From positions 1 through 64,000 of IMG/VR virus record IMGVR_UViG_3300037423_001065: a stretch of DNA of 64,000 nt. One strand, given 5' to 3'. The position numbers and the translations under genes are program-made. The DNA comes from a virus. Below, piece after piece: positions 28,201-37,360 of the stretch (positions are counted from its first letter, which is position 1; the number at the start of each line of letters is the position of its first letter). The notes under the pieces are model-generated. The model was given only the letters and a program-made list of their open reading frames with translations, was not told the DNA's origin and searched no databases.

Positions 28201-31200
28201 ACGCGCCTGGTCAACTCGCTGCCGGCGCCCCTGGCCGGCTCGGCGTCGATCGCCGGCGCATCGGCGACGGTGCAGAGCGGCGCTGTCATCACGCCGGCAG
28301 CGGGCGCCATTTCGGCCGCGGGCGTCGCCTCGAGCTCCGGCGTCACGGTCACGCCCGCCGCCAGCGCTGTCGCCTCCTCCGGCGCCGCTGCCGCTGTCAC
28401 GACCCAGTTCAATCGCACGCCGGTCGCCGGGGCGGCAGCGCTGTCGCTGGTCGCGCCAGCCGTCACGCAGCAATTCAACATCGCGCCGAGCTCTGGCGGT
28501 GTCGCGGCGACGGGCCAGGCGCCGACGATCGCCGAGACCGGCCTGTTCACCTGGTACATGGACGACGGCGTGTCGTTCTTCGGTCAGACGTTCGCCAAGC
28601 TCACTCAGCCGCAGTTCTCGGCCTCGGGCTACCTGTCGTCCACTGGCTGGAATGTTCTCTCCGTGAGCAGCGCCCAGTACGCGGAGTTTCAGAACGCGAC
28701 GATGGTCTCGTCGTTCTCGGCCGGCGCGCGCCCGAGCACCACGGCGAAGCTCAGCACCGGAAACGCCCTCATTAGCAACGGCGAATACGGCTCGTTCGCC
28801 GCCGGCACGTGGGTGTTCAACTTCAAGCTGCAAGGCTACAGCGACGGCGCGCGCAAGCCGCAGGGGTACCTGCGCGTCCGTGTGTTCAAGGGCGCCGTTG
28901 ACACCGGCGTAGACCAGCAGGTGATAACCGAGCTCACCGACAGCGCGAACATCCCGCAGAGCGCGCTGTTCGGCGACACCGGCTGGTCCGGCACCGACCT
29001 GACCGTGAACGTGCCCATCACGTGGAACGCCTCGGCGTTCACGCTGGCGGAGGGCGAGTACCTGTACGTCAAGGTCGCGATCCTGACGAACAACAACGCG
29101 AACGGCACCTCGGCGACCTGGTCGCTGTACTACAACATCGGGCAGTCCTCGATCCTCACGGCGCCGTTCCAGCAGAACACGAACATGCCGAGCATCGGCG
29201 GCGGCGGACCATTCACGGCGACCGCTACGCTGACGGGCAACCAGGCCAGCCTCACGCGCCAGAACGTGATCACGCCGGCCGTGGGTGCGGTCACGAGCTC
29301 CGGCCAGGTGGCGACGCGTGTCGTGGACTTCCCGCGCGCTCCTGCCGCCGGAGCCATCTCCGCGACCGGCGCTGCCGGTACCGCGCAGACCGTCACGTTC
29401 ATCGCGCCTGGCGCCGCGGCGGTCTCCGCGTCCGGCCAGACGGCCACGTCGGTGCGCGGCTCGGTACAAACGACCGGCGCCGGCTCGGCTTCCGTGAGCG
29501 GCGCTTCGCCTTCGGCCGTCGTGACCACTTTCACGACGCCGAGCTCCGGCGCGATCGCCGCTGCCGGCGGGCTGGCTGGCGTGACCCAGCAGACGTTCCT
29601 CGCCACGTCGACGGCGACGGCCAATGTCATCGGCCAGGCGCCGACGGTCGGCGTGCAGCGCTTCGCGACGCCCGGGCGCGGTTCCGTGGCAATCGGCAGC
29701 GCGGACCCTATCGTGCAGCTTAGCGGCGACCCGCCGGCGACTGGCGCGGCCGACCTGGACGGGCAGCTACCAACGCTGTTCCGCGAGGACTCGATCACGA
29801 CGGCGACCGGTGGCGCAGCGCTGTCGGGCGGCATCGGCGCGCCCTCGATCGGCTTCCCGCTCACGCCGGCGCGCGGCTCGGTTTCGATCGTCGGTCGCGT
29901 GCCAGGCTTCGACACCGGCATCAGCGATGGCGCTGACGCCGCGGCCGTCGACGGCGTCGCCGCCGTTGTCATCGCCGGCTCCGGCGCGTACCCGGCCGGC
30001 CAGGACGTGGCGATCGACGGCCAGGCGCCCGTGTTGGCCCTGGGCGAGTTCGACGCGCCTCCGGCGGCCGCGCTGGCCGTCAGCGGCGGCCAGGCGATCG
30101 TTGTCGCGGGCCGCGTGCTCACTCCCAGTGGCCCGCCCATGGTTGCGATGGGCGGCGACTGGGTGTCCTCCTTCGGCGCCGTCGCGACGCCTGGTGCCGG
30201 CGCCATGCAGGCGAGCGGCACCGGCGCGCGCATCGTCCGCTTCGACGCCATCACGCCAGGCGGTGAGCCCGCCATGGTCATCACGGGCAAGGCGCCCGTC
30301 CTAGTTCGCGGCCGCGTCGCGATGCCTGGCGCCGGGTCGATGGTGGCCGCAGGTGCCGCGCCGACTCGAACCGTTGACCAGGCGCGCCAGCCAGGCGCCG
30401 GCCAGGTGGCGGTTGCGGCGGCCGCAGCGGTCGCGGTCTCGAGCACGATCCCGGTCGCCGGCGCCATGACGGCGCTCGGCCAGGCTGCGACTGTCATCGA
30501 GGGCGCGGTGCTGACGCCGGGCCGCGCGAGCATGGGAACCACGAGCTATGCGCCGGGCGACGCCGTCGATGCCGGCCGACAACCTGGCGCCGGCCAGGTG
30601 TCGCTCGCCGGCGCCGCGCCGCTCGTGGTGGGCTCCACGGTGCCCGATACCGCGGCGGCGCTGGCGGTCGGCCTGGCGCCGGTCATCGTGCGCGGCAACG
30701 TCGTGCAGGCGGCCGCCGCGGCGATCGCCGTCACTGGCGCCGCTCCGGCGCGCGTGACCGATCATGCCGCGCGCCCTGGCTCCGGCACCGTCGCGCCCTC
30801 GAGCGCCGCGGCGGTCGTCGTCGCCGGCCGCGTGGTGACGCCTGCCGCTGCCGCGTTGTCCGTGACCGGCCGCCCTGGCGCCGCGCCGAGCAATTACGCG
30901 CTGACGCCTGGCGCCGGCGCCGTGGTCACGCACTCGGAAGCCGTCTCCGAGGCCGGCGGGATCGTCGTCACGCCGCCGGCTGGCCGCGTCGACGCCGCCG
31001 GCGCCGCTCCCGTGCCGGGCTATACCCGGGCGCCCTCCGCGGCCGCGGTCTCGATCGTCAGCGCGGCGCCGCGCGTCGCCTTCGATCACTACATCACGCC
31101 GGCCGCCGGCCAGGTGTCGATCGTGGGCCGCGCGCCTGGCGCCGCGGGCTCCCAGGTCATGGTGCCGGCAGCGGCCGCCATCGCCTCGAGCTCTGGCGCG

Positions 31201-31419
31201 CCTACGATCGGCCGCGATACGCCGATCACGCCGGCCGCCGGCACGGTCACGCTCAAGCCTGGCCGCCCGCATCTGGGCGCCGGCCGCGGCGCCGACTTCA
31301 AACTCACCGACGGCGGCGGCTTCAAGCTGCGCAATCGGCCGCAGCCTGGCGAGCAGGCCGACTCGTTCGCGTTGAAGCGTGACGCTACGATGTTCAAGCT
31401 GGAAAAGGACGACCAATGA
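25210..31419 (+). CDS. Giant Ala/Thr/Gly/Ser-rich repeat fibre protein (2069 aa)
   Basis: Dozens of ~22-aa TPxxGxxxxxGxAPT repeats and four diverged copies of a ~190-aa beta domain. Confidence 0.8.
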   Translation: MATKTLYPLWDSNAAGSTKLVDMQDGGTAPATATMVTGWTVGTTVATRYAEMTNGAKVAAASFGTTALPDAAVSNANGDSCRSPSAYSGVFANSNWVFNFACARSAGTNSGSWALRMRVFASTDATGATGLRELTGSTQVSGTVTTAASMTGSLTWTPGATVRLNNEYLFFSLAMVTVTAASNSSTAIAMGKGSGTTIVTPDFVADTVITPSVGAASVSGAAPTMTRTGGDTPITPSVGSAALAGVAPTLSNGVAITPSAGAVSAAGVAGTNGRTTTPSAGSLSIAGVAPGVTRQTTIAPAAGSVTAAGSSSLTDLTLTPSTGSAAVTGQAPTVSQSATVHTFYLLPDTAASFSGAAAIQSDGAAPAAANATAGFNPGTASLNKYQPFQRGVVAGPSLLSTTALPDTTIDDTNGNTFRTSSQYTGQFDGSSSWFFNFAFVANRSGDPGRMAIRVRVFAASDPSGAGAREITTATLETNAIANANATEQFGTVTWAPGSFRLDQEYLFFSIANRTTVTPNSTALTWTLRSGSTYITTDAFAVTTVIQPAARNLSLTGGAGTADIVRTATPGTGAAAVSGQAATRLIDAPFTPGAAALTVSGQAGGTTAITITPGAAALSVAGQAADVTDTGQPLQLYFLPDTTLGSGFAEVQSDPPASGTSSTGWNATGINAAPQYSPMARGVQQLASTFSAAVLPDTTLDAAHGDAFVLGFYRGQFAAGNWTISFAADVTLNQSYALTARLLTSPNSDGSGATDVGGGVLSSNTLTGPNSGTSSGTFSITFNPGAISCDPAAGVYLFLSIAIEVTVKKGGSHAVFLDTGASSYVLTSAFQGQVLSTPAAASVSIAGYAPTAAIVRETTPFSGAASVAGVAPTAVVTIFPIPQAGSAAITGAAPTVLLGALLIPTAGSVVASGQAGTVGGTKAPSSASATISGAAPTLAMATVPGAGAIALAGAAGTIGVTVTPGAGSVATAGVAPTRIAGAVITPAVGSVSVSGVAGTRLVNSLPAPLAGSASIAGASATVQSGAVITPAAGAISAAGVASSSGVTVTPAASAVASSGAAAAVTTQFNRTPVAGAAALSLVAPAVTQQFNIAPSSGGVAATGQAPTIAETGLFTWYMDDGVSFFGQTFAKLTQPQFSASGYLSSTGWNVLSVSSAQYAEFQNATMVSSFSAGARPSTTAKLSTGNALISNGEYGSFAAGTWVFNFKLQGYSDGARKPQGYLRVRVFKGAVDTGVDQQVITELTDSANIPQSALFGDTGWSGTDLTVNVPITWNASAFTLAEGEYLYVKVAILTNNNANGTSATWSLYYNIGQSSILTAPFQQNTNMPSIGGGGPFTATATLTGNQASLTRQNVITPAVGAVTSSGQVATRVVDFPRAPAAGAISATGAAGTAQTVTFIAPGAAAVSASGQTATSVRGSVQTTGAGSASVSGASPSAVVTTFTTPSSGAIAAAGGLAGVTQQTFLATSTATANVIGQAPTVGVQRFATPGRGSVAIGSADPIVQLSGDPPATGAADLDGQLPTLFREDSITTATGGAALSGGIGAPSIGFPLTPARGSVSIVGRVPGFDTGISDGADAAAVDGVAAVVIAGSGAYPAGQDVAIDGQAPVLALGEFDAPPAAALAVSGGQAIVVAGRVLTPSGPPMVAMGGDWVSSFGAVATPGAGAMQASGTGARIVRFDAITPGGEPAMVITGKAPVLVRGRVAMPGAGSMVAAGAAPTRTVDQARQPGAGQVAVAAAAAVAVSSTIPVAGAMTALGQAATVIEGAVLTPGRASMGTTSYAPGDAVDAGRQPGAGQVSLAGAAPLVVGSTVPDTAAALAVGLAPVIVRGNVVQAAAAAIAVTGAAPARVTDHAARPGSGTVAPSSAAAVVVAGRVVTPAAAALSVTGRPGAAPSNYALTPGAGAVVTHSEAVSEAGGIVVTPPAGRVDAAGAAPVPGYTRAPSAAAVSIVSAAPRVAFDHYITPAAGQVSIVGRAPGAAGSQVMVPAAAAIASSSGAPTIGRDTPITPAAGTVTLKPGRPHLGAGRGADFKLTDGGGFKLRNRPQPGEQADSFALKRDATMFKLEKDDQ

Positions 31420-32522
31420 GCACGACCGAAGTGAACGTAGCGCTCGAGACGCCGACGGCGGAAAAGGACAAGGACTCGATCAAGGTCTACAACTTCGACC
31501 TGGACGACCTGTTCCCGGTCGATGACGCGCTCGCCGCGGTCGCGTGGACCGTGCCGGCGGGCCTGGTGCAGGTGTCGGCATCGCACGATGACCGCACGTG
31601 CTCGATCGAGCTGTCGGGCGGCGTCGAGGGTCAGTGGTACATCGTGCGCGGCACGTGGCTGACGGTCGCCGGGCTGCAGGACGAGATTGTGCTGCGCCTG
31701 TTCATCAAGCAGGACGCCGAGGACGCCGTGCAGCTCGGCACGGCGCTGTTCCCGAATCGCTTCACCGCGGTGCAGCGCATGCGCGCCGATCGCCTGCTCA
31801 TGGCGGCCGCCGGCATCATGCCCAAGGTGTCAGTCTCCGACGACTACATCTGGGACAAGATTCGCGCGGCCGAGGCGGAGGCGCAGCGCGACCTGAACGT
31901 GTTTTTCCAGCCGACGGCGCTGTTCCCGTTCGACCCGACGAGCGACGAGCTCGCCGCGCTGACGCCAGGCATGCCCTGGGCGATCGACCCGGCGCAGGAC
32001 TTCGGGCCGGAGAACTTCCTCGAGGACCGCTGGGGCTTCTTCATCACGCGGCAGAAGCCGGTCATCAGCATCACGTCGGTGCAGATGGTCTACCCGAGCC
32101 CTGGCGCCGTGAAATACGCGTTCCCGCCGGAGTGGCTGCGCGTGGACCGCAAGTACGGGCACGTGCGCATCGTTCCGACGAGCGCGCTCAGCCTGGGCTC
32201 GCTGTCGGCCTCCGTCATCCAGCTTTTCTCGAGCCGCACGATTCCCCAGGCGCTCGAGGTGCGCTACATCGCCGGCCTGGCGAACGCCGTGCAGGACTAT
32301 CCGGAGCTGGTCGACCTGGTGCTCAAGAAGGCCGCCCTCAAGATCATCGGCGACCGCTTCCTGCCGCAGTCCGGCTCGATCAGCGCCGACGGCCTGTCGC
32401 AGAGTTTCAGCAACGACATGAGCAAGTACCACGATGACGTGAACGTGATCATCAACGGGCCCAAGGGCTCCAACGGTGGTCTCATGCGCGCCATTCACGG
32501 CATCCGCATGGGGGTGCTCTGA
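31416..32522 (+). CDS. Head-tail adaptor/neck protein with N-terminal Ig-like domain
   Basis: SISADGLSQS motif and position between head and tail genes. Confidence 0.7.
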   Translation: MSTTEVNVALETPTAEKDKDSIKVYNFDLDDLFPVDDALAAVAWTVPAGLVQVSASHDDRTCSIELSGGVEGQWYIVRGTWLTVAGLQDEIVLRLFIKQDAEDAVQLGTALFPNRFTAVQRMRADRLLMAAAGIMPKVSVSDDYIWDKIRAAEAEAQRDLNVFFQPTALFPFDPTSDELAALTPGMPWAIDPAQDFGPENFLEDRWGFFITRQKPVISITSVQMVYPSPGAVKYAFPPEWLRVDRKYGHVRIVPTSALSLGSLSASVIQLFSSRTIPQALEVRYIAGLANAVQDYPELVDLVLKKAALKIIGDRFLPQSGSISADGLSQSFSNDMSKYHDDVNVIINGPKGSNGGLMRAIHGIRMGVL

Positions 32523-33166
32523 TGTTGTTCAACGCCGGCGCCTTCAACGAGCTGCTGAACGGGCTCGGCGAGTGGTTCGAATGGCGCCGCGCGTCGGCGT
32601 GCCCGTGCGTGAATCCCGCGTCGCTGTCGCCGAAGGCGAATTGCCCGAAGTGCTTCGGCAAGGGCTATATGTGGGGCCCGGGCACGCGCGCCATGGCGGG
32701 CGTGGCGAGCTCGAACGTGCAGCAGCAGTGGGCCCGGTTCGGCCGCTGGGAGCAGGGCGACATGGTCCTGTCCATCCCCGAGGACTCGCCCATGTACGAA
32801 ATCGGCATGTTCGATCGCGTGCTGTGCGAGACGAGCACCGACTCGTTCACCCTGTCGCTCGTGCGCGGCTCCGCCGGCGATCGCGTGCACGGCATGATCA
32901 AGGAGTTCACCAGGGTGTTCTGGTTCGACAACGACCTCAACATCGTGGAGGGCGGCATCCCCACCTCGGACGCCAACGGCCGCCTGACCTGGGCGCAGGG
33001 CGAGCCGCCGGCGGGCAAGTCCTACACGATCGAGGGCGTGAAGTACCAGGAGTACTACTGCTTCGGGCCGTTCTCGAACGACCGCATGAAGCACGCCGGC
33101 ATGCGCCTGCCGCGCCGGATGGTGCTGCGCAAATTCGACCTGCTGGGCCGCAACTCGACGGCTTAG
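32522..33166 (+). CDS. Neck/head-closure protein
   Basis: CPC...CPKCFGKG motif, as in neck proteins of large myoviruses. Confidence 0.7.
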   Translation: MLFNAGAFNELLNGLGEWFEWRRASACPCVNPASLSPKANCPKCFGKGYMWGPGTRAMAGVASSNVQQQWARFGRWEQGDMVLSIPEDSPMYEIGMFDRVLCETSTDSFTLSLVRGSAGDRVHGMIKEFTRVFWFDNDLNIVEGGIPTSDANGRLTWAQGEPPAGKSYTIEGVKYQEYYCFGPFSNDRMKHAGMRLPRRMVLRKFDLLGRNSTA

Positions 33167-33951
33167 GCGATCTTGACGGCCTCGCCGAAGGCGAGCTCGG
33201 CGAGCGGCTGCATGCGCTCGGCGACGCCGCGGGCCAGGCCCAGGCCAGGGCGCGGCGCCACGACCCAGCCAGGCGAGCCCTCCATCATCACGCGGAACGT
33301 GAGGTACGCCGAGCTGCGCGCGCCGCCTGGCGTCGTCGTGCTGAACCGGTACATGCCTTCGTGGTTCTTGTTGCCGCCCAGGGCCACGGCGCCCACCAGG
33401 CGATCGCCCCAGGAGTAGCGGCGCTGCGGCACCGTGACGGCCTGGCGGGTCTTGGGGTCCATGGCGCCCGTGCCTGACACCCGGGAGCCCATGCCCGTGA
33501 CGCGCGAGGCGGCGAGCTGCGAGACCGCGGCGAAGATCGACGGCGGCATGGCCGGCGCCAGGGCGTCGCTGCCGGGCGTGTTGTGCCGCATCGGGATGAT
33601 CAGGTAGCGCTTGCCCTTCTTGGTGGTGCGCACCTTGAGGCTGGTGTCCAGCATGGACTTGAGGTCCTTCGCTGGCCGGCCGTTCTCGATTTCCTCGGCG
33701 TACTTGTAGTCCGTCCAGACCAGGCCGGAGAAGTCGCCGGTCATCTTCGCCTGGATCGAGGCGGCGTAGGCGTCCTTCTCGCCGCTCCAGAGGCCCCGGG
33801 CGCGCTGCACGGACTCCATCCAATCGGCCTGCGTCTGGGCGACGACGGCGCGCACGGCCTGATTGAGCCGCGGCAGCACCTGGGCGTTGATCACGTTGCC
33901 GGCGGCCGACATGACGCCCGCCAGGTCAACTCGAATCCGAAATTCCGCCAT
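33163..33951 (-). CDS. Neck/tail-completion-like protein (HK97 gp10-like) encoded antisense within the structural module
   Basis: YAEEIENG, GKRYLIIPMRH and TFRVM motifs; fills the gap exactly; has its own promoter motif. Confidence 0.7.
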   Translation of the reverse strand: MAEFRIRVDLAGVMSAAGNVINAQVLPRLNQAVRAVVAQTQADWMESVQRARGLWSGEKDAYAASIQAKMTGDFSGLVWTDYKYAEEIENGRPAKDLKSMLDTSLKVRTTKKGKRYLIIPMRHNTPGSDALAPAMPPSIFAAVSQLAASRVTGMGSRVSGTGAMDPKTRQAVTVPQRRYSWGDRLVGAVALGGNKNHEGMYRFSTTTPGGARSSAYLTFRVMMEGSPGWVVAPRPGLGLARGVAERMQPLAELAFGEAVKIA

Positions 33952-33957
33952 GCAGGC

Positions 33958-33973
33958 AGTATGGCGTCACGGC
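33958..33973 (-). promoter_or_regulatory. Putative late promoter motif (leaderless start), minus strand
   Basis: GCCGTGACGCCATACT on the minus strand, 6 nt before ATG 33951. Confidence 0.65.
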
Positions 33974-33979
33974 GCCGGG

Positions 33980-33995
33980 GTCGTGACAACATCAT
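33980..33995 (+). promoter_or_regulatory. Putative late promoter motif for the tail operon
   Basis: GTCGTGACAACATCAT, back-to-back with the minus-strand copy. Confidence 0.7.
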
Positions 33996-34004
33996 GCGAG
34001 GACC

Positions 34005-34859
34005 ATGATTTCCTCGGTCCGCCCACTCTACGTGGGCAATGCGCTGCAAGTCACGCTCGCGCCGCCCGCCGGCGCCGTGCAGTGGCGCATTCTGCGCAAG
34101 GAAACCAACACCTTCACCGACCAGGACGACCCGGGCGCCCTCCTCGCCTTCGAGGGGCGCGATACCGTCGTCACCGACGCCGAGCCCGGCCTGGTCAACG
34201 AGACGCCGATCTACTACAAGCCGTTCTACCAGGACGACGCCGGCGCCTGGTCGACCGCGCCGGCCGTGTCCGGCACGCCGCTGGCGACGTACGAGGAGCA
34301 CAGCACCGACGTGCTGCGCCTGGTGCGCAACCGCCTCGAGGACGGCCTCAAGGTCGAAGTGCAGCGCGGCACGTTCGTGCTCGAGGGCGGCCGCGACGTG
34401 ATTGCCGTCTACTCGGCGCCGCCGGCCGCAGGCGCCGTGGACCTGCCCGTCGTCACCGTGCACCTGGCGAGCGAGCGCGCCGAGGCGAGCGCGATGGGCG
34501 AGCTGATCGTGCCCGACACCCTGCTGCCTGGCGGCGACTGGCTCGAGCACGAGGGCCGCGAGGCCGACGTGCAGCTCGAGATTGTCGGCTGGTGCCTGAA
34601 CCCGGACGAGCGCATTGCGATGCGCCAGGCCATCCGGCGCCTGCTCATGGCGAACCTGGGCGTGTTCGCGGCCGCCGGCATGAACGAGGTCGCCTTCCAA
34701 TTCCAGGACCTGGACGCCATCAACGGCGAGTACGCGGCCAACGTCTACCAGGCGATGTGCACGCTCACCTGCAAGGCGCCCGTCGTTGTCATCAACCGTG
34801 TCACCCCGATCGCGGACGTGCAAATCACGTTCTCCGCGGAAGAAATCCCCACCCATTAA
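34005..34859 (+). CDS. Putative tail terminator/completion protein
   Basis: Position before the sheath; LPVVTVHL segment; N-terminal Fn3-like region. Confidence 0.6.
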   Translation: MISSVRPLYVGNALQVTLAPPAGAVQWRILRKETNTFTDQDDPGALLAFEGRDTVVTDAEPGLVNETPIYYKPFYQDDAGAWSTAPAVSGTPLATYEEHSTDVLRLVRNRLEDGLKVEVQRGTFVLEGGRDVIAVYSAPPAAGAVDLPVVTVHLASERAEASAMGELIVPDTLLPGGDWLEHEGREADVQLEIVGWCLNPDERIAMRQAIRRLLMANLGVFAAAGMNEVAFQFQDLDAINGEYAANVYQAMCTLTCKAPVVVINRVTPIADVQITFSAEEIPTH

Positions 34860-34871
34860 CCGGAGCCCACC

Positions 34872-35120
34872 ATGGGAAAGACCAACCAACAAACCGAGAC
34901 GACGACCAACGAGACCGCGGCCGCCGCGCCTGCTGCTGCCGCCGCCGCGCCGTCCGAGGAGGTCACGCTCGAGGAGTTCTGCATCCGCCTGTCCAAGTCG
35001 GACAAGCGCGTGGAGATGATCGGCGGTTTCAACGCCTCCGAGACGGCCGCCGGCCACGTGAAGGACACCGAGGCGAGTTTCCGCGCCCGGTACGACCAGT
35101 TCTGCAACAAACCCGCTTAA
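34872..35120 (+). CDS. Hypothetical protein (82 aa)
   Basis: GGAG SD; small gene just before the sheath. Confidence 0.7.
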   Translation: MGKTNQQTETTTNETAAAAPAAAAAAPSEEVTLEEFCIRLSKSDKRVEMIGGFNASETAAGHVKDTEASFRARYDQFCNKPA

Positions 35121-35135
35121 CCAGAGGAGTCCACC

Positions 35136-36851
35136 ATGGGCGTTTTCTTCGGGGGCCGACTCATCACCTCGCCGGCGGTCGCGTCGGTGGTGGATGACTC
35201 CGGTCTCGCCAACAAGAACCTGACCGTCGGCAACGTCGTTGCCTTGATCGGTCGCTCCGCGGGCGGCCAGCCCAAAACGGCGCTGCGATTCGGCACGCCC
35301 GACCAGGCGAAAGCTGCGCTCATCTCGGGCGAGCTGCTGGACGCCGTGCTCAAGGCATTCGACCCGAGCGCGCAGACCGGCTCGCCGTCGGAAGTCGTCG
35401 CCGTGCGCGTCAACCCGGCGCTGCAATCGGCGCTCACCCTGGTGGACGGCTCGAGCGCGAACGCGATCGACCTCAAGTCCACCGACTACGGCCTGGTCGC
35501 CAACTCGATCAAGGTCAAGGTCGAGGCCGCGACGAACCTGGGCAAGAAGCTGACGGTGCAGCGCGGCAACGCGTACTACACCGCCGACGACGTGTATCGC
35601 AAGGCCATGTCCGTGCGCTACACCGGCGCCCAGGCGACGGCGACCATGACCATCACGGGCAACGCGATCACGCTGCAGGCGCCGGCCGGCAACACCGTGG
35701 CGACCGTGGACATGACGGTGTACGACAGCATCCAGGAGGTGGTGGATTACATCAACTCCGTGACCGGCTTCACCGCCGCGGTGCTCGACGGAAACGGCGA
35801 AAAGACCGCCCTGGCCGGCCTGGACTTCGTCACCAACGTGGACGTGAAGTCGGCGCTCTACACGGTGCGCGCGGACCTCCAGGCGTGCATCGACTGGATC
35901 AACGGCAGTGCCGAGGGCTTCCTGGACGCGACGCGCGCCACGGGCGCCGGCGCACCGCCCGCGAACATCGGGTTCACGTACCTGTCCGGCGGCACCGACG
36001 GCAACGTCACGAACAACGACTGGTCGGACTGCTACACGGCCCTCCAGCAGGAGGACGTGCAGTGGGTCGTGCCGATCAGCGGCGACCCGTCCATCCACGC
36101 GATGAACGACTCGCACTGCTCGTTCATGTCGACGGTGGGCCAGATGGAGCGCCGCGGCATCGTGGGCACGGCGATCGGCACCAGCGACGCGGCCGCGATC
36201 ACCGCGGCCCTGGCGCTGAACAGCGACCGCACGTCGCTCGTGCACATCGGCTACTACGACTACAACAGCGACGGCAAGCTGACGCTGTACGCGCCGTACA
36301 TGACGGCCGCCCTGCTCGCCGGCGCCTTCGCCAGCGTGAACCCGGGCACGCCGCTGACGAACAAGACGATCAAGGTCCGCGGCCTGGAGCGCTACCTGCG
36401 CAACCCGACCGACACCGACCAGCTCATCAAGGGCGGCGTCCTGTGCGTCGAGCGCACCAAGAAGGGCTACAAGGTCGTCCAGTCGATCACGACCTGGCTG
36501 GCGAACGACAACTACAACCGCGTCGAGGTCAGCACCGGCGTGGCGGTGGACTTCGTTGCGCGCAACGTGCGCGACGTGCTGGACGACCTGCGCGGCATGA
36601 AGGGCACGCCCATCCTGCTCACGCAAGCGGTCAGCCGCGTCGACTCGACCCTCGCCGAGCTCGCGCGCGCCGAGCCCCAGGGCCCGGGCGTGATCACCGG
36701 GGACAAGGCCAACCCGGCGTACAAGAACATCCAGGCGACGCTGGACGGCGACGTGCTGCGCGTGCAGTTCGAATGCCACCCGGTCATCGGCGTGAACTAC
36801 GTCCTGGTCTCCATCTTCGCGACTGCCTTCTCGGGCAGCGCGTCCGCCTAA
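35136..36851 (+). CDS. Tail sheath protein
   Basis: ALIGRSAGGQP, LSGGTDG and VVQSITTW motifs; 571 aa; precedes the tube gene. Confidence 0.9.
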   Translation: MGVFFGGRLITSPAVASVVDDSGLANKNLTVGNVVALIGRSAGGQPKTALRFGTPDQAKAALISGELLDAVLKAFDPSAQTGSPSEVVAVRVNPALQSALTLVDGSSANAIDLKSTDYGLVANSIKVKVEAATNLGKKLTVQRGNAYYTADDVYRKAMSVRYTGAQATATMTITGNAITLQAPAGNTVATVDMTVYDSIQEVVDYINSVTGFTAAVLDGNGEKTALAGLDFVTNVDVKSALYTVRADLQACIDWINGSAEGFLDATRATGAGAPPANIGFTYLSGGTDGNVTNNDWSDCYTALQQEDVQWVVPISGDPSIHAMNDSHCSFMSTVGQMERRGIVGTAIGTSDAAAITAALALNSDRTSLVHIGYYDYNSDGKLTLYAPYMTAALLAGAFASVNPGTPLTNKTIKVRGLERYLRNPTDTDQLIKGGVLCVERTKKGYKVVQSITTWLANDNYNRVEVSTGVAVDFVARNVRDVLDDLRGMKGTPILLTQAVSRVDSTLAELARAEPQGPGVITGDKANPAYKNIQATLDGDVLRVQFECHPVIGVNYVLVSIFATAFSGSASA

Positions 36852-36867
36852 CCGGAGGTAGTTCAAC

Positions 36868-37293
36868 ATGGCGACGCAGAACCTCAAGACCCGCTCGGGT
36901 AACCGCATCATCGTGACGTTCGACGGCAAGCAAATCGGGCTTGTCCAGAACGTGCGCATGAACGACGACTACGCTCCGGAGCCAGCCTCCGGCGTGGGCG
37001 ACATTCACGTGCAGGAGTACGTCCCGACGATGGCCCGCCACAGCATCACGGTGCAGACCATGGTGCTGAACAAGGGCAACATGCGCGACGTGGGCATCGC
37101 GACCGAGAACGGCGACGGCATGCTCCAGGGCATGGTTTTCGACATCGAGGTGTACTCGAAGGACGACAACACGCTCCTGCGCAAGTACAAGGGCTGCTCG
37201 TACGCGAGCGGCGACGTGGAAGTGCAGAAGCACGCCATCGTGATGGCCTCGGCGCAGTTCAATGCGCTGGACGTGGTCAACACGAGCATCTAA
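36868..37293 (+). CDS. Tail tube protein
   Basis: 141 aa gene after the sheath; DGKQIGLVQ and GVGDIHVQEYVP motifs. Confidence 0.85.
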   Translation: MATQNLKTRSGNRIIVTFDGKQIGLVQNVRMNDDYAPEPASGVGDIHVQEYVPTMARHSITVQTMVLNKGNMRDVGIATENGDGMLQGMVFDIEVYSKDDNTLLRKYKGCSYASGDVEVQKHAIVMASAQFNALDVVNTSI

Positions 37294-37311
37294 GCCTGGC
37301 GCGACCAGACC

Positions 37312-37340
37312 AGGGCCGCCCTTCCCCGGCGGCCCTTTTT
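37312..37340 (+). terminator. Rho-independent terminator after the tube gene
   Basis: AGGGCCGCC...GGCGGCCCT followed by TTTT. Confidence 0.8.
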
Positions 37341-37360
37341 CCTTAAACCCCGGAGTTCCC

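Noticed and set aside
25210-31419. CRISPR-like or DNA-level tandem repeat
   Set aside because: Repeats are degenerate, conserved only at protein level, and lie inside one ORF.
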